Assembly (NCBI GenBank): GCA_051294375.1
Contig: CM119268.1
Span: 23,024,256 to 23,088,255, forward strand
Reading direction: 5' to 3'
DNA length: 64,000 nucleotides
Source of the DNA: Paraspadella gotoi
Taxonomy: Eukaryota; Animalia; Chaetognatha
The position numbers and the translations under genes were made by a program. Below the pieces are notes generated by a model. That model made no database searches. It saw only the letters and a list, made by a program, of their open reading frames with translations, and was not told the DNA's origin. Below, one piece after another: positions 63,655 through 64,000 of this stretch (its first letter is position 1; every line of letters begins with the position of its first letter).

Positions 63655-63733
63655 CTACACGAGGAGAAATGAAGAAAATGATGATGAATAATGGAGAAAA
63701 TTAAATAAATAAATAATGAAGAAATATAAAATA

Positions 63734-64000
63734 AACAAGAACGGAAATTCAAATGTATGTCGCGCCGCAGTGACTTTCTTAACAAATCTTTTATTCTTTA
63801 TAAGTTTATAGTTTTATGATTTCCTGAAGGCGGCGCTAGCAGTCACTTTGATTTGAGGTTTTTTTTTGTCTTAACAAATGAGCAGCCAACTGTAGGCGAG
63901 TTATGATCATTTTTGGGGACAGACCAAAAGTCAGACATACCAACCGACCGACAGACCGACCGAAAAGTGACTTATAGAGTTGATCCGCGAGTACTCGGGG
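63734..64000 (+). mobile_element. HINE-like copy, truncated by the window end
   Basis: Colinear with 10794-11165, including the start of the terminal hairpin. Confidence 0.7.

Overview
Eukaryotic (metazoan, probably invertebrate) draft-assembly window. It has AT-rich introns, many micro/minisatellites, eight N-gaps and indel-rich segments next to the gaps, so most long ORFs in the ORF track are repeat artefacts. Genes reconstructed by hand from splice sites and motifs: (1) a divergent Pax3/7-like gene (+, 13527-~18890) with a paired domain and an S50 homeodomain; (2) a type-I, DysF-containing ferlin (dysferlin/myoferlin-like) of about 35 exons on the - strand, from at least 61760 to 19690, tail-to-tail with the Pax gene; (3) antisense genes nested in ferlin introns: a 7-exon rhodopsin-class GPCR (present twice through a 5.2-kb duplication across a gap), a 901-aa XK-related scramblase-like gene and a possible small orphan membrane protein; (4) a poorly resolved WD40-like gene (-) in the first 9.4 kb. 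Mobile DNA comprises Helentron-associated (HINE/DINE-like) elements, a tRNA-derived SINE, a solo LTR and a palindromic MITE. The most striking pattern is that at least eight intronic tandem repeats are amplified copies of the adjacent exon-intron junction. They form arrays of decoy splice sites, up to about 60 branchpoint+AG+exon-start units in one ferlin intron.
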